DNA of 64,000 nt from Escherichia coli (GTDB lineage: Bacteria > Pseudomonadota > Gammaproteobacteria > Enterobacterales > Enterobacteriaceae). Position numbers and translations under genes: made by a program. Shown here piece after piece: positions 38,957-51,643 of the stretch; positions within the stretch are counted from its first letter, which is position 1, and the number at the start of each line of letters is the position of its first letter. The notes under the pieces were generated by a model that saw only the letters and a program-made list of their open reading frames with translations, did not search any database and was not told the origin of the DNA. The DNA lies in the NCBI RefSeq assembly GCF_965641715.1, contig NZ_OZ282453.1; one strand, written 5' to 3'.

Positions 38957-38983
38957 AAAAAATAAGCCCGTGTAAGGGAGATT
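38957..38983. repeat. attR core aaaaaataagcccgtgtaagggagatt (matches the 27-bp P2 att core as recalled), overlapping cyaR 3' end
   Basis: Direct repeat with attL; identity to remembered P2 attP core. Confidence 0.75.
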
Positions 38984-39043
38984 ACACAGGCTAAGGAGGT
39001 GGTTCCTGGTACAGCTAGCATTTTATGGGTTATGTTTTTCAGC
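38957..39043 (-). ncRNA. cyaR: CyaR (RyeE) Hfq-dependent sRNA
   Basis: Reverse complement reads GCTGAAAAACATAACCCATAAAATGCTAGCTGTACCAGGAACCACCTCCTTAGCCTGTGTAATCTCCCTTACACGGGCTTATTTTTT, matching remembered CyaR. Confidence 0.75.
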
Positions 39044-39077
39044 GAAGCGGATGATAACCTTAATAAATGCAGCTGTA

Positions 39078-39093
39078 TGTGATCGGTTTCTAA
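39078..39093 (-). promoter_or_regulatory. Putative CRP site (TCACA half-site perfect) centred about 42 bp upstream of cyaR 5' end (class II)
   Basis: tgtgatcggtttctaa on + strand; spacing to inferred TSS; CyaR is known to be CRP-activated. Confidence 0.5.
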
Positions 39094-39127
39094 GAATTTT
39101 CCATCCGGGAAAAATAATCGAAATTAA

Positions 39128-40489
39128 TCACTTACCGTGGGGGTTACGCGTGGTTTCCCCGGAGAAATTACGCATCAGCAGCGCGTAATTTAGCTCAAGA
39201 TCCTGCGGCACCGGGAGCCACACAGTATAACCATCGCCTGGTGCTATCGGCATAGCTTCGCCTTTGGCGTTTTCCATGTGCTCAAGGGTAAAGTTAATGT
39301 TGCCTTGCGGCGTCATCAGCTCAAGGCTGTCGCCAACGGAGAATTTATTTTTCACCGCTACCGCCGCGAGGTCCCCCTTGCGCTCACCGGTAAACTCACC
39401 AACAAACTGCTGGCGGTCAGAAACCGAATAACCGTATTCGTAGTTCTGATAATCGTCGTGAGTATGACGACGCAGGAAACCTTCGGTATAGCCACGATGC
39501 GCCAGACCTTCCAGAGTTTCTAGCAGGCTGGTATCGAACGGTTTGCCCGCAGCGGCATCATCGATAGCTTTGCGGTAAACCTGTGCGGTGCGTGCGCAAT
39601 AGTAGAAAGATTTAGTACGGCCTTCGATTTTCAGCGAATGCACGCCCATTTTGGTCAGGCGTTCTACATGGGCGATGGCGCGCAGATCTTTCGAGTTCAT
39701 GATGTAAGTGCCGTGCTCATCTTCAAACGCGGTCATATACTCGCCCGGACGCTGGGCTTCTTCGATCATAAACACTTTGTCGGTTGGCGCGCCGATACCC
39801 AGCGTCGGCTCAACATTTTGCACCGGAATCGGCTCGTACTTGTGTACGATGTTGCCAACATCATCTTCTTTCCCTTCCTGGACGTTGTACTCCCAGCGGC
39901 AGGCGTTGGTGCAGGTACCCTGGTTCGGATCGCGCTTGTTGATATAGCCAGAGAGCAGGCAGCGACCGGAGTAGGCCATGCACAGTGCGCCGTGAACGAA
40001 GATCTCGATCTCCATATCCGGCACCTGATTGCGGATCTCTTCAATCTCTTCCAGCGACAGCTCGCGAGAGAGGATCACGCGGGTCAGGCCCATTTGCTGC
40101 CAGAATTTCACCGTTGCCCAGTTTACGGCGTTAGCCTGCACCGAGAGGTGGATCGGCATTTCAGGGAAGTGCTCACGCACCAGCATAATCAGCCCTGGAT
40201 CGGACATAATCAGCGCATCCGGCCCCATTTCCACCACCGGTTTCAGGTCACGGATAAAGGTTTTCAGCTTGGCGTTGTGCGGTGCAATGTTGACCACGAC
40301 ATAAAACTTTTTCCCCAGCGCGTGGGCTTCATTGATGCCGAGCTGAAGATTTTCGTGGTTGAATTCGTTGTTGCGCACACGCAGGGAGTAACGCGGCTGG
40401 CCCGCATAAACAGCATCTGCGCCATAAGCGAAAGCGTAACGCATATTTTTCAGCGTTCCCGCCGGGGAAAGGAGTTCCGGTTTAAACAT
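39128..40489 (-). CDS. yegQ: Peptidase U32-family protein YegQ (TrhP)
   Basis: 453-aa ORF matching remembered YegQ; synteny. Confidence 0.85.
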   Translation of the reverse strand: MFKPELLSPAGTLKNMRYAFAYGADAVYAGQPRYSLRVRNNEFNHENLQLGINEAHALGKKFYVVVNIAPHNAKLKTFIRDLKPVVEMGPDALIMSDPGLIMLVREHFPEMPIHLSVQANAVNWATVKFWQQMGLTRVILSRELSLEEIEEIRNQVPDMEIEIFVHGALCMAYSGRCLLSGYINKRDPNQGTCTNACRWEYNVQEGKEDDVGNIVHKYEPIPVQNVEPTLGIGAPTDKVFMIEEAQRPGEYMTAFEDEHGTYIMNSKDLRAIAHVERLTKMGVHSLKIEGRTKSFYYCARTAQVYRKAIDDAAAGKPFDTSLLETLEGLAHRGYTEGFLRRHTHDDYQNYEYGYSVSDRQQFVGEFTGERKGDLAAVAVKNKFSVGDSLELMTPQGNINFTLEHMENAKGEAMPIAPGDGYTVWLPVPQDLELNYALLMRNFSGETTRNPHGK

Positions 40490-40591
40490 AATTCTCTCGT
40501 TCTGATGACAGGTCAGATCCGCTTCACCTGATGAAGCGGTTAGGGGAGTGCCCCCACTTTAAGGGCGGGCATTGTAGCGCAATCGGCGGGT

Positions 40592-40888
40592 TTAGCTCCA
40601 GTGTAAATGTCTGGTGGCGTCCTGGTTTTGGTTAAGGATACGAATGACGATAATTTCCCCTGGTGATTGCAGGAAATAAATTACGTGGCGTTCAAAAGGA
40701 AGAACAAAAATACCTTCGCCTAATTCAGGTCTGGGCGTACCTATATTATTGTTACTCAGAATCTGGAGAACGTCTGAAAGATGTTCCACATATCTGTCGG
40801 CTTGTGGTTCGCCGAAATGGTGATAACTGTAATACCAGATGCCTTCTAAATCTTCATTGGCTTTTGGCATGAGTTTAATAATACGCAC
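40592..40888 (-). CDS. ParE/RelE-superfamily toxin (98 aa)
   Basis: ParE-like pattern (EDLEGIWYY..., GTPRPELGEGIFVLPFERHVIYF..IIVIRILNQNQD); immediately downstream of antitoxin. Confidence 0.7.
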   Translation of the reverse strand: MRIIKLMPKANEDLEGIWYYSYHHFGEPQADRYVEHLSDVLQILSNNNIGTPRPELGEGIFVLPFERHVIYFLQSPGEIIVIRILNQNQDATRHLHWS

Positions 40889-40889
40889 A

Positions 40890-41141
40890 TTATTTCCTTA
40901 TCCCTGCTTTCACCTTCCGTAAAAACGCGTCCTTTTCCCACGGCTGAGCTTCACCACTACTCAACCCTTCTGCAAGCATGTCACGTAACGCTTGCAGGCG
41001 AGACTCTGCTTGCTTTTCTCGAAGTAAGCGCAGTGACTCACGGATCACTTCGCTTTGGGTGCGATAGTCGCCGGATTCAATTAAGGACTCGATAAATTCA
41101 CGCAACTCATCGCCGAGATCAACCGTCATCGTTCTGGCCAT
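40890..41141 (-). CDS. ParD-like (RHH/CopG-type) antitoxin (83 aa)
   Basis: N-terminal ribbon-helix-helix-like MARTMTVDLGDELREFIESLIESGDYRTQSEVIRESLRLLRE; upstream of toxin with 1-nt gap. Confidence 0.7.
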   Translation of the reverse strand: MARTMTVDLGDELREFIESLIESGDYRTQSEVIRESLRLLREKQAESRLQALRDMLAEGLSSGEAQPWEKDAFLRKVKAGIRK

Positions 41142-41384
41142 GTTTATGCTCTCCTGTAAGTAAAAATCTTACATCAGTGTATGTCATAAACCGGATAGCG
41201 TCACGAAAAGTATTAGAAGATATTTTGGCAGATGAACATGTTCAGGAGGATAAGCATGGAGATGTTAAACAAAGAAAGCACAATGAGTATTCATCAGTGT
41301 CCACTATTTTAATGGCGCAGGTAAATAAATAAGCGTTATTTGGAAATAAAGCCGGACGCCAACAATCCACGCCCGGCATCGTAA

Positions 41385-41717
41385 TTACGTATTGTCTTTC
41401 ACCGTCTGGCTTGTGCCATTGGCTTTAACGGAGGCAATTCCGGTTTCACGAGATTGCGCGGTGGCATACATCTGGCTGGAGCCGATAATTTGATGATTGG
41501 CGGCTTTCAGATTGAAATAGAATTTGCCGTTGCTTGCCGTTTTTTTCTCATAGCGTTCTTCTTGCGGGCTGTTGCTACGCACCGACGCGATGCCCTTTTC
41601 CGCAGAGGCTTTTGAAGTATACAGCTCGCTGGTGAGGATAGTCTCACCATTGCCCGCTTTTAGCACAAACCGGAACTGATTATCACTGCTCTTAGTGAGT
41701 TCAAACCAACCAGCCAT
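41385..41717 (-). CDS. yegP: YegP (UPF0339/DUF1508 tandem-repeat protein, 110 aa)
   Basis: Start at MAGWFELTKSS; two DUF1508-like repeats; synteny. Confidence 0.75.
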   Translation of the reverse strand: MAGWFELTKSSDNQFRFVLKAGNGETILTSELYTSKASAEKGIASVRSNSPQEERYEKKTASNGKFYFNLKAANHQIIGSSQMYATAQSRETGIASVKANGTSQTVKDNT

Positions 41718-41907
41718 AATGACTCCTTGATTGAAATTGCGTATCGAAAACAGCATCTAAAGGTGCTGTTTACCGATTAAAGTATGAGCGATTTTCTGGT
41801 GCCTGCTAGGGCGGAGAGATAATGTCAGTTTGCTGACCATGCGTGGGATAATGTTGCCGGATCGGGTCTGAACGCCATCTCCGGCTAACAAAGTCATGTC
41901 GCTAAAA

Positions 41908-42630
41908 CTAAACGATGCGGCAGGCGTCGGCTTCCCAGCGGTAACCAACGCCGTAAACGGCGCGGATAAATGACTGTTCGGCGTCGAGAGATTCCAGCTT
42001 GCGGCGCAGGTTTTTAATGTGGCTGTCGATGGTGCGGTCGGTTACTACGCGGTAGTCGTCATAAAGATGATTGAGCAATTGCTCGCGGGAGAACACTTTT
42101 CCTGGTTCATGAGAGAGCGTTTTCAGCAGACGAAATTCCGCAGGCGTCAGGTCAAGCATTTTACCGCGCCATGAAGCCTGAAAACGACCTTCGTCGATAA
42201 TCAACGGGCTTTCAGCATCCTGTTGCTGCAACTCACGCTGCGGTTTGCAACGGCGCAAAATGGTTTTGACACGCGCTACCACTTCCCGTGGGCTGTACGG
42301 CTTGCAGATGTAGTCATCTGCGCCAATCTCCAGCCCCAGCAGGCGGTCGATCTCTTCGATTTTTGCTGTCACCATCACGATAGGAATGTCAGAAAAACGA
42401 CGAATTTCCCGGCACAGCGTCAAGCCATCGGTGCCAGGGAGCATCAGATCCAACAGGATCAGATCCGGTGGTGTCTGGCGCACATACGGCAGTACCTGAT
42501 CGCCGTGGCTGATAAGCGTCGGCGCATAGCTCGCAGCACGCAGATAATCAATGAGCAACTGCCCCAGCTTCGGTTCATCTTCCACGATCAAAATACGCGG
42601 TGTGTTTTCGTCGATTGGTAACTCGGTCAT
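41908..42630 (-). CDS. baeR: Envelope-stress response regulator BaeR (OmpR family)
   Basis: 240-aa receiver + winged-helix protein, coupled to baeS. Confidence 0.9.
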
Positions 42631-44030
42631 ACTTCTCTCTGTAAATCCCGTTCCAGCGGTAACTCTACTGTAATGCTTACCCCGCCAAAAGGCGAATGGG
42701 CAGCAATAATGCGGCCATTATGTGCTTCAACAATGTTCAGGCAAATCGCCAACCCCAGCCCGGAACCGCCGCTGGCACGGTTGCGGGAACCTTCGGTGCG
42801 ATAAAAACGTTCAAACAATTTTTGTAGCTGATCGTCACTGACACCTGGCGCACTGTCGGCAAAGGTCAGGCGCACCGTTTTGTCGTGCTGCTCGGCAGAG
42901 ATTTTCAGGCTGCCGCCGCTGTCAGTGTAGCGCAGGCTGTTTTCCAGTAAATTATTGAACAACTGCATTAAACGGTCGCGATCGCCAAATACGGTAATAC
43001 TGTCTGGCAGGGAAAATTGCAGTTTCAGGCCACGGCTGGCGAATCGTTCGCGAAATGCGCCGCCCGCCACTTCCAGCAGTGGGATCAAATCTACCGGTGC
43101 TTTTTGATAGGCGAGAGCGCCTTCATCAGACATCGACAACTGATGAAGATCGTCAACCAGTTTGGTCAGTGTACCGACCTCCGCCTGTAAAGACGCCACC
43201 GTCTCCGGCGTGAATTTGCGCACGCCATCCTGAATGGCTTCCAGTTCACCGCGCAGCACCGCTAATGGCGTACGCAGTTCGTGAGAAATATCGGCCATAA
43301 AATCGCGCCGCATTTGCTGGTTTTTCTCCAGCGTGCTGGCGAGCTGGTTGAAGTCTTGCGCCAGTTTGCCCAGTTCATCTTCACTGGTGGGCGTTACGCG
43401 GGTAGTGAAATCGCCCGCCGCCAGTTTGTGCGTGCCGTCCACCAGCCGTTTGACCGGGGCCAAAAGACCACGCGCCAGCAGAAAGGTGGCGAGCGCCGCG
43501 AGTAACGTTGCCAGGGCGACAATCAGCCAGCTGGTTTGCCGCTGTTGTTTATCGAAATTGATATCAGTATTGCGCGTTAACCGCTCAACGGGGGAGGCGA
43601 TCACCGCGCCAACTTCCGCACCGTTGACCAGAATGGGTCGCCGTGTACCGTCAGGTGGAATCGGCGCTCGCGGACCAACCAGCACTTTGTTGTTTTGATC
43701 AACCACCCAGAACTGGGTACGCCAGCCGTGCGGTGGCATACCCGGGCCGGGTTTATCTTCCGAATTATCGTGTTCAAATGAACGCAGGATCTGAAAGACA
43801 AAGCGATCATTGTTGCGCAGGAAGCGCCAGTTACCATGCTGCGCATACTGCTCGCCAAGCGCATCACTTAACAGTTGTAATCGCTGTTCATTACCATGCT
43901 TGATGTAATCAATAAAGCCACGCTCAAAACTGATACGCACCGCCCAGTGCATACTGATCAGCAAGACAATGCAGGTGGCGAAAATCGCCAGAAACAGTTT
44001 GCCGGTAATACCGGGTCGCCAGAACTTCAT
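42627..44030 (-). CDS. baeS: Sensor histidine kinase BaeS
   Basis: 467 aa with TM segments, HAMP, H-box (SHELRTP) and ATPase domain. Confidence 0.9.
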
Positions 44031-45442
44031 TGCGCGCTCCTTTTTCGCCGCGAAATAGCTACATTTTGATGCGTATCGTTCGGCACTCTGGCAAAGATGA
44101 ACGCCGGAAGGGCGATGATAAACGCCATGCTAAGCCAGGTGTACATAAAGACGGTTTGTGTGGTGCCGCTGTCGACGCTGACATGCTGCGAACCAAAAAG
44201 TCCCAGCAACAGCCCGGCGATGGTGACGCCGATACTCATCGACAATTGCATAATCATCGACAGCAGACTGTTGCCGCTGCTCGCCAGATTGTCCGGGAGA
44301 TCTTTCAGCGTCAGGGTGTTCATGGAGGAGAAACGGGTCGAGTTGACCATCCCTTGTAAAAACAGGACGAACGGCAAAACGTAGTACCAGCCCAACAGAG
44401 CGGTAGTCATAAACAACAGGGTGACCAGCGACAGACCCAGCGTGGTCGCTACCAGTACCCGACGATAACCAAAGCGATTCACCACCTGTACAACAATCCG
44501 CTTCATCCCCATGCTGCCAAGCACCATCGGGATCATCATCAGTCCGGCATGAAACGGTGAGAAGCCAAGGCCAATTTGCAGGAAAACCGGCGTCATAAAG
44601 GGCAACATGCCGCTACCGATACGTCCGGCAAAGCTCCCCGCCAGGCCCAGCGAAAAGGTACGAGTGCGGAACAGTTTCAGACTGAAAAGAGCGCGGTTGT
44701 TATTTCTGGCGTGCAGCAGATAAAGCACCAGTGCCACCACACCAACTGCGACCAGGCCAGTAATCGCCAGCGGCGATAAACCTGTACCTTTACTGCCGTC
44801 CAGCGCCAGGGTTAATACCGCCATGCCAACCGCCAGCAATAAAAAGCCGGAAAGATCAAAGCGCCGCGTCTGCATGGTGTAGTTCGGCATTAACATCAAT
44901 GTGGCGATCGCACCGATAATCCCCACCGGAATGTTGATCAAAAAGATCCAGTGCCACGACGCGTACTCCACCAGCAGACCGCCGAGCGCCGGACCGAGCA
45001 GCGGACCGACCTGACCGGGTAACGTGACAAAGGTCATCGCCGCCATATATTGCTCGCGCGGTACGATTTTCATCACCGTCAATCTGCCGACCGGCACCAT
45101 CATCGCGCCGCCAACGCCCTGTAACGCGCGTGCCAGCAACAGTTCGTTCAGCGTGCCGGAAAGCGCGCAAAACAATGAACCGAGAGTAAACAGCACGATG
45201 GCGGTAAAGAAAATATTGCGCACGCCGACTTTGTCCGCCAGCCAGCCGCTGGCGGGCAGCATCACCGCCACGGTCAGTACATAAGAGACAATGACCATGT
45301 GCATATGCAACGGACTTTCCCCGAGGCTTTGCGCCATTGAGGGAAGGGCGGTGTTTACGATGGTGGTGTCCAGCGACTGCATAAAGAAGCCGAAAGCCAC
45401 AATCCACAATTGCCAGCGGGTGCTGTCGGGAAGATCTGTCAT
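44027..45442 (-). CDS. mdtD: MFS transporter MdtD
   Basis: 471-aa polytopic membrane protein; operon position. Confidence 0.9.
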   Translation of the reverse strand: MTDLPDSTRWQLWIVAFGFFMQSLDTTIVNTALPSMAQSLGESPLHMHMVIVSYVLTVAVMLPASGWLADKVGVRNIFFTAIVLFTLGSLFCALSGTLNELLLARALQGVGGAMMVPVGRLTVMKIVPREQYMAAMTFVTLPGQVGPLLGPALGGLLVEYASWHWIFLINIPVGIIGAIATLMLMPNYTMQTRRFDLSGFLLLAVGMAVLTLALDGSKGTGLSPLAITGLVAVGVVALVLYLLHARNNNRALFSLKLFRTRTFSLGLAGSFAGRIGSGMLPFMTPVFLQIGLGFSPFHAGLMMIPMVLGSMGMKRIVVQVVNRFGYRRVLVATTLGLSLVTLLFMTTALLGWYYVLPFVLFLQGMVNSTRFSSMNTLTLKDLPDNLASSGNSLLSMIMQLSMSIGVTIAGLLLGLFGSQHVSVDSGTTQTVFMYTWLSMAFIIALPAFIFARVPNDTHQNVAISRRKRSAQ

Positions 45443-48400
45443 TTACTCGGTTACCGTTTGTTTAGGTTTACGCGAAAAACGCAGCCGCAGACGGTCGAAA
45501 AAGAGATATACCACCGGCGTGGTATACAGCGTCAGGAGCTGACTCATCACCAGACCGCCGACAATGGTGATCCCCAAGGGTTGCCGCAGCTCCGAGCCGT
45601 CACCGCCCGACAACACCAGCGGCAGCGCGCCAAACAGCGCCGCCAGGGTAGTCATCATAATCGGGCGAAAACGCAGCAGACAGGCCTGGAAAATAGCTTC
45701 CTGCGGCGTCAGGTTACCGTGCCGTTGGGCTTCAAGCGCAAAATCGACCATCATAATGGCGTTTTTCTTCACAATGCCGATTAATAGCATGATCCCTATC
45801 ATGGCGATTAGGCTGAACGGGGCATTGAACAGCTCCAGCGCCAGCAGCGCTCCAACGCCCGCCGAGGGCAGGGTGGAGAGAATCGTCAGCGGATGTACGT
45901 AACTCTCGTAAAGGATACCCAGCACGATATACACCGTGGCGATGGCGGCGATAATCAGGATCACCTGTGAGTTCATCGTCTCCTGGAACACCTGCGCCGT
46001 GCCGGCAAAACTGCCGCGCACCGTCGAAGGCACACCAAGCTGGGTCATTGCGCGGTCGATTGCCGCACTGGCGTCCGAGAGCGATTTTCCGGTCGGCAGG
46101 TTGAACGAGATGGTCGAGGCTGCCGATAATCCCTGATGATTCACCGATAGTGGGGCATTCGCCGGTTGCCATTTAGCGAAATACGACAGCGGGATCGCTT
46201 TTCCTTCGTTATTGATTACGAACATTTTTTCCAGCGCACTGATGTCCTGGGTATAGCGCGGATCCACTTCCATCACCACTTTGTACTGGTTCATCGGCTG
46301 GTAAATGGTCGAGATTTGCCGCTGACCGAAGGCGTTATTTAACAGGCTGTTGGCGGCCTGTACGTCGATTCCCAGCCGTGCCATGGTGTCGCGATCGTAA
46401 ACCAGATTCATCTCCGCGCCGTTATCCTGCTGATCGGAGTTCACGTCCGCCAGTTCCGGTAACGTTGCCAGTTTTTTGCGGATTTTCGGCTCCCATTCGC
46501 GCAGTGCCGCCAGGTCGTCGGATAACAACGTGTACTGGTAACTGGCGTTCGACTGACGTCCGCCAACGCGAATATCCTGTACCGCCATCAGGAACAGATT
46601 CGCCCCCGGTTCTTTCGCCAGTTTCACCCGCAGACGGTCGATAATTTGCTGCGCCGTTTCGCTGCGTTCGCCGCGTGGCTTGAGGGTGATAAACATCATC
46701 CCGCTGTTCACCCGCGAACCGCCGGTAAAGCCGGTGACATTATCCACTGCCGGATCGTCACGGATAATTTTCATGAAATCCTGCAATTTTCCGCGCATCG
46801 CCTGAAACGAAATACTCTGATCCGCCTGTATCCCGCCCATCAACACGCCGGTGTCCTGCTCCGGGAAGAAGGTTTTCGGGATCGAGATATAGAGCCAGAT
46901 ATTCAAAGCAATGGTGCCAAGCAGCACCACGCCCACCAGACGGGTATGATTGAGCACCCATTTCAGTGACTTACCATAGCCTTGTTGCAGGGCTACCAAC
47001 ATGCGACCAAAACCACGCAGTCGCTTTTGCTCGCGCGGCTTGCTGGCTTTCAGCATCCAGCCACACATCATTGGCGTTAATGTCAGAGAAACCAGCAACG
47101 AAATACCAATGGCGACAGAAAGCGTCACGGCAAACTCGCGTAACAGTCGGCCCGGCAATCCGCCCATCAACAGCAGCGGCAGGAACACCGCCACCAGTGA
47201 CAGACTCATCGACAGCACCGTAAAGCCGACTTCGCGAGTACCTTGTAGCGCGGCCTGTAGTGGTTTCATCCCCGCTTCCAGATGACGGGCAATGTTTTCC
47301 AGCACCACGATGGCGTCATCCACCACGAAACCAGTAGCGATGGTGAGCGCCATTAACGACAGGTTATTGAGACTGAATCCGCACAGGTACATCGCCGCAA
47401 ACGTACCAATCAGCGAAACCGGCACCGCAACGGCGGGAATAATAGTGGCGCGACCCGAGCGCAGGAATAAAAAGACCACCAGAATCACCAGCGCCACCGA
47501 GATAATCAGCGTTTGCTCGACTTCTTCCAGCGAGGCGCGAATGGTGGGGGAGCGATCCTGAGCAATTTGCAGATCAATCGCCGCCGGAATGGTCTCCTGC
47601 AACTCCGGTAATTTTGCCCGGATGCTGTCTACCGTCTGGATAATATTGGCTTCCGGCAGTTTGCGGATCATCAGCAAAATAGCCGGTTTGGCGTTGGTCA
47701 TCCCGGCGTTGCGCACATCCTGCACTGAGTCGGTTACCGTTGCCACATCGCCCAGACGAACCGCACCACCATTGTTGTAGTGAATAATCAGCGGCTGATA
47801 TTCAGCGGCGGTTTTCAGTTCATCGTTGGTCTGGATCTGCCAGCGGTGAGTGCCATCTTCCAGCGCCCCCTGCGGTTTACGCACGTTGGCATTGCTGATG
47901 GCAGTGCGTACGTCGTCCAGCGACACGCCCTGATTAAACAGCGCCTGCGGGTTCAGCCCGACGCGCACGGCGGGCAGCGAGCTGCCGCCGACATCGACAT
48001 CACCGACGCCGTCGATTTGCGAAATCGTCGGAGCCAGCTGCGTCGAGGCGAAATCGTACAATTCACCCTGCGAATAAGTATCGGAGGTTAGCGTCAGGAT
48101 CATAATTGGCGCATCCGACGGGTTCGCTTTGCGATAAGTCGGGCGGCTGGGCATCCCACTGGGCAGCAGACTTTGTGCGGCGTTGATCGCCGCCTGCACA
48201 TCACGCGCCGCACCGTTGATATCCCGGTCAAAATCAAACTGCAAAATAATACGCGTGCTGCCGAGCGAACTGCTGGAGGTCATTTCACTGACCCCGGCAA
48301 TGCGCCCAAGTGAACGCTCCAGCGGCGTGGCAACGGAAGACGCCATTGTCTCCGGCGACGCACCGGGCAGCGAGGCGCTGACCATAATCACCGGAAAATC

Positions 48401-48520
48401 GACCTGCGGCAGCGGGGCGACCGGCAGCATACGGAAACCCAGTATGCCGCACAGGGTAATGGCGACCGACAGTAAAATCGTCGCCACCGGGCGGTAAATG
48501 AAGAGGGCAAAAAACTTCAC
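45443..48520 (-). CDS. mdtC: RND multidrug efflux transporter MdtC
   Basis: 1025 aa RND permease, position. Confidence 0.9.
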   Translation of the reverse strand: MKFFALFIYRPVATILLSVAITLCGILGFRMLPVAPLPQVDFPVIMVSASLPGASPETMASSVATPLERSLGRIAGVSEMTSSSSLGSTRIILQFDFDRDINGAARDVQAAINAAQSLLPSGMPSRPTYRKANPSDAPIMILTLTSDTYSQGELYDFASTQLAPTISQIDGVGDVDVGGSSLPAVRVGLNPQALFNQGVSLDDVRTAISNANVRKPQGALEDGTHRWQIQTNDELKTAAEYQPLIIHYNNGGAVRLGDVATVTDSVQDVRNAGMTNAKPAILLMIRKLPEANIIQTVDSIRAKLPELQETIPAAIDLQIAQDRSPTIRASLEEVEQTLIISVALVILVVFLFLRSGRATIIPAVAVPVSLIGTFAAMYLCGFSLNNLSLMALTIATGFVVDDAIVVLENIARHLEAGMKPLQAALQGTREVGFTVLSMSLSLVAVFLPLLLMGGLPGRLLREFAVTLSVAIGISLLVSLTLTPMMCGWMLKASKPREQKRLRGFGRMLVALQQGYGKSLKWVLNHTRLVGVVLLGTIALNIWLYISIPKTFFPEQDTGVLMGGIQADQSISFQAMRGKLQDFMKIIRDDPAVDNVTGFTGGSRVNSGMMFITLKPRGERSETAQQIIDRLRVKLAKEPGANLFLMAVQDIRVGGRQSNASYQYTLLSDDLAALREWEPKIRKKLATLPELADVNSDQQDNGAEMNLVYDRDTMARLGIDVQAANSLLNNAFGQRQISTIYQPMNQYKVVMEVDPRYTQDISALEKMFVINNEGKAIPLSYFAKWQPANAPLSVNHQGLSAASTISFNLPTGKSLSDASAAIDRAMTQLGVPSTVRGSFAGTAQVFQETMNSQVILIIAAIATVYIVLGILYESYVHPLTILSTLPSAGVGALLALELFNAPFSLIAMIGIMLLIGIVKKNAIMMVDFALEAQRHGNLTPQEAIFQACLLRFRPIMMTTLAALFGALPLVLSGGDGSELRQPLGITIVGGLVMSQLLTLYTTPVVYLFFDRLRLRFSRKPKQTVTE

Positions 48521-51500
48521 TTACGCCTCCTCTTCATGGCGAGCAAAGCGACTTTTGGTCCACAATGCCAGGCGGTCGAATAGCAGATAAATCACCGGCG
48601 TGGTAAACAGAGTCAGCACCTGGCTGACAACCAGACCACCGACCATACCAATGCCTAACGGACGACGCAGTTCTGCGCCGACCCCGGTACTTAACATCAG
48701 CGGTAGCGCGCCGAGCAGTGCCGCCAGAGTGGTCATCAGGATCGGACGAAAACGCAGCAGACAAGCCTGATAGATGGCATCGCGCGGCGACATGCCTTGC
48801 TCGCGTTCGGCAGCCAGCGCGAAGTCGATCATCATGATGGCGTTCTTCTTCACAATACCGATCAACAAAATAATGCCGATAATCGCGATCACATCCAGTT
48901 CGCTACCGGCAATCAGTAACGCCAGTAGTGCGCCGACCCCTGCCGTGGGCAACGTCGAGAGAATGGTGATCGGATGAATAAAGCTTTCGTACAGAATACC
49001 CAGCACGATATACATCGCCACTACTGCCGCGACAATCAGCCAGACAGTACTGCCCAGCGCCGACTGGAAGGCGAGGGTGCTGCCCTGGAATTGTGTGGTG
49101 ATATCCACTGGCAGATTCAGCGTTTTTTCGGTATCCATAATCGCCTGCACCGCATCGCCCAGCGAATAGTTATCCGGCACGTTAAAGGAGATGGTCGTTA
49201 CCGGGAACTGATCCAGATGGTTGATGGAAAGCGGCGCAAAACGCTGCTCAACTTTGGCAATTGAGCTTAACGGCACCACGCCGCCATCGCTGCTGGTAAG
49301 GCGAATGGTATCCAGCGCCGCAAGCCCTGGGGTATTTTCGGTGTTGTGCTCCAGCACCACGCGATACTGGTTGGCCTGAGTATAAATGGTGGAAATCAGC
49401 CGCTGACCAAACGCGTTGTACAGGGCGTTATCGACGTCCGCCATGCTGATCCCCAGACGGCTGGCGCTGTCGCGATCAACATTGACATACGCCACCAGCC
49501 CTTTGTCCTGCCAGTCGCTGGAGACATCAGATAGCTGTGGCAGCTGCTGGAGTTTTTCCATCAACTGTGGCACCCAGGTACTGAGCGCATCCAGTGACGT
49601 GGCCTGCAAGGTAAACTGGTACTGGGTGCGGCTGACCTGAGTATCGATGGTCAGGTCCTGCGTTGGTTGCAGGAAGAGATCGACGCCCGGCACTTTATCC
49701 ACCGCCGTTTGCAGACGGGCGATGACTTTTTGCACCCGATCATCACGTTCATCCAGCGGTTTGAGGTTGATCTGTAAACGCGCACTGTTCAGCGACGGGT
49801 TAGTGCCATCAACGCCAACAAATGAGGTCAGACTTTGCACTGCCGGATCCTGCAAAATCACGTCCGCGACCTGGCGTTGCCGCTGGGCCATATTGGTAAA
49901 GGAGCTGGATTGCGGTGCCTGCAAAGTGCCCTGAATAATGCCGTTGTCCTGTACCGGGAAGAAACCTTTCGGAATGAACACCCACAATAGAACGCTAAGC
50001 AGCAGCGTGCTGAGCGCCACGCTTAAGGTCAGCCACGGATGATTCAGCACTTTCGCCAGTCCACGTCCATAGGCGGCGATTATCCTGTCGAACATTTTCT
50101 CCGAGGCACGGGAGAAGCGGTTCTGTTTACGCAGCGACTCCTGGCTGAGCATCCGCGCGCACATCATCGGTGTCAGGGTCAGCGACACCACCGCTGAGAT
50201 CAAAATCGCTACCGCCAGGGTAATAGCAAATTCGCGGAACAGTCGCCCGACGATATCGCCCATAAACAGCAGTGGGATCAACACCGCAATCAGTGAGAAG
50301 GTCAGCGAGATAATGGTAAAGCCGATTTCACCTGCGCCCTTGAGCGCCGCCGCCAACGGTTTTTCGCCTTTTTCGATATAGCGGGAAATATTTTCGATCA
50401 CCACGATGGCGTCATCGACCACGAACCCGGTGGCGATAGTTAACGCCATCAGCGTCAGGTTATTGATTGAAAAATCGAGAAACACCATAACCGCAAAAGT
50501 GCCGATTAACGACAGCGGCACGGCAACACCGGGAATGATGGTCGCCGGAATATTGCGCAAAAACAGGTAGATAATCATGACTACCAGCGCGATAGCCATC
50601 ATCAGCTCAAACTGGGTATCGTCGACGGATGCGCGGATATTGGTGGTACGGTCAGAAAGTACCGTCACCTTCACCGATTTCGGCAGACTCTCGGTGAGCT
50701 GCGGCAGCATCTGCCGGATGCTGTCGGCGGTGGAGATAATGTTAGCACCGGGCTGGCGCTGAACATTCATCACAATGGCCTGTTCTTTATTCGCCCATGC
50801 GCCGAGCCAGCTGTTTTCTGCACCTTGCTCTACGGTTGCGACATCGCCCAGACGAATCGGCGCGCCGTTCTGGTAGGCGATAATCAACTGGCGATATTCT
50901 TCCGCAGATTGCATTTGGTCATTCGCGGAAAGCGTAACCGCGCGGGAAGGGCCGTCGAGGCTACCTTTTGCAGAGTTAACGTTAGCGCCGGTAATGGCGG
51001 TGCGCACGGTTTCGCTGGTCAGGCCGAGGGCGGCAATCGCCTGAGCGTTAAGTTTGACGCGAACAGCCGGACGCTGCCCGCCGGAAAGCGTCACCAGGCC
51101 GACGCCGGAAATCTGCGAGATTTTCTGCGCGACGCGGGTTTCCACCATATCTTCCACTTGCGTCATCGGCATGGCTGTTGAGGTGACGGCGAGCGTCATG
51201 ATCGGCGGATCTGCCGGGTTCACTTTGCTGTAAACCGGCGGGTTAGGCAGATCGCTCGGCAACAAGTTGGTCGCAGCGTTAATCGCGGCCTGCACTTCCT
51301 GCTCGGCGACATCGAGCGGTAATGTTAGCTGGAACTGCAAAGTGATAACTGACGCACCGCCGGAACTTTGCGACGACATCTGTTTCAGGCCAGACATCTG
51401 CCCGAACTGGCGTTCGAGCGGCGCGGTAACGGCAGAGGTTATGACATCCGGGCTCGCACCTGGGTAGAGCGTGACCACCTGAATGGTCGGATAGTCCACT

Positions 51501-51643
51501 TCCGGCAGCGCCGAAACGGGCAGGGCGCGATAACCGATAATCCCGGCGAGTAAGATCGCCACCATCAACAGCGTGGTGGCGACAGGACGCATAATAAACA
51601 GGCGCGACGGGCCGCCTGTGCTGCTCGGGGGTAACACCTGCAT
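48521..51643 (-). CDS. mdtB: RND multidrug efflux transporter MdtB
   Basis: 1040 aa RND permease, position. Confidence 0.9.
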   Translation of the reverse strand: MQVLPPSSTGGPSRLFIMRPVATTLLMVAILLAGIIGYRALPVSALPEVDYPTIQVVTLYPGASPDVITSAVTAPLERQFGQMSGLKQMSSQSSGGASVITLQFQLTLPLDVAEQEVQAAINAATNLLPSDLPNPPVYSKVNPADPPIMTLAVTSTAMPMTQVEDMVETRVAQKISQISGVGLVTLSGGQRPAVRVKLNAQAIAALGLTSETVRTAITGANVNSAKGSLDGPSRAVTLSANDQMQSAEEYRQLIIAYQNGAPIRLGDVATVEQGAENSWLGAWANKEQAIVMNVQRQPGANIISTADSIRQMLPQLTESLPKSVKVTVLSDRTTNIRASVDDTQFELMMAIALVVMIIYLFLRNIPATIIPGVAVPLSLIGTFAVMVFLDFSINNLTLMALTIATGFVVDDAIVVIENISRYIEKGEKPLAAALKGAGEIGFTIISLTFSLIAVLIPLLFMGDIVGRLFREFAITLAVAILISAVVSLTLTPMMCARMLSQESLRKQNRFSRASEKMFDRIIAAYGRGLAKVLNHPWLTLSVALSTLLLSVLLWVFIPKGFFPVQDNGIIQGTLQAPQSSSFTNMAQRQRQVADVILQDPAVQSLTSFVGVDGTNPSLNSARLQINLKPLDERDDRVQKVIARLQTAVDKVPGVDLFLQPTQDLTIDTQVSRTQYQFTLQATSLDALSTWVPQLMEKLQQLPQLSDVSSDWQDKGLVAYVNVDRDSASRLGISMADVDNALYNAFGQRLISTIYTQANQYRVVLEHNTENTPGLAALDTIRLTSSDGGVVPLSSIAKVEQRFAPLSINHLDQFPVTTISFNVPDNYSLGDAVQAIMDTEKTLNLPVDITTQFQGSTLAFQSALGSTVWLIVAAVVAMYIVLGILYESFIHPITILSTLPTAGVGALLALLIAGSELDVIAIIGIILLIGIVKKNAIMMIDFALAAEREQGMSPRDAIYQACLLRFRPILMTTLAALLGALPLMLSTGVGAELRRPLGIGMVGGLVVSQVLTLFTTPVIYLLFDRLALWTKSRFARHEEEA

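Larger units (their letters stand above)
6996..38983. mobile_element. Complete P2-like (Peduovirus) prophage, order int-C-cox-B-A-cargo-Q-P-O-N-M-L-X-lysis-R-S-cargo-V-W-J-I-H-G-FI-FII-E/E'-T-U-D-ogr-cargo
   Basis: Full P2 gene synteny by protein similarity from memory, flanking direct repeats, insertion at cyaR 3' end. Confidence 0.9.

Noticed and set aside
38664-38975. 103-aa plus-strand ORF downstream of the protease cargo
   Set aside because: Overlaps the protease 3' end in another frame, spans the terminator hairpin and runs into attR/cyaR; no coding signal
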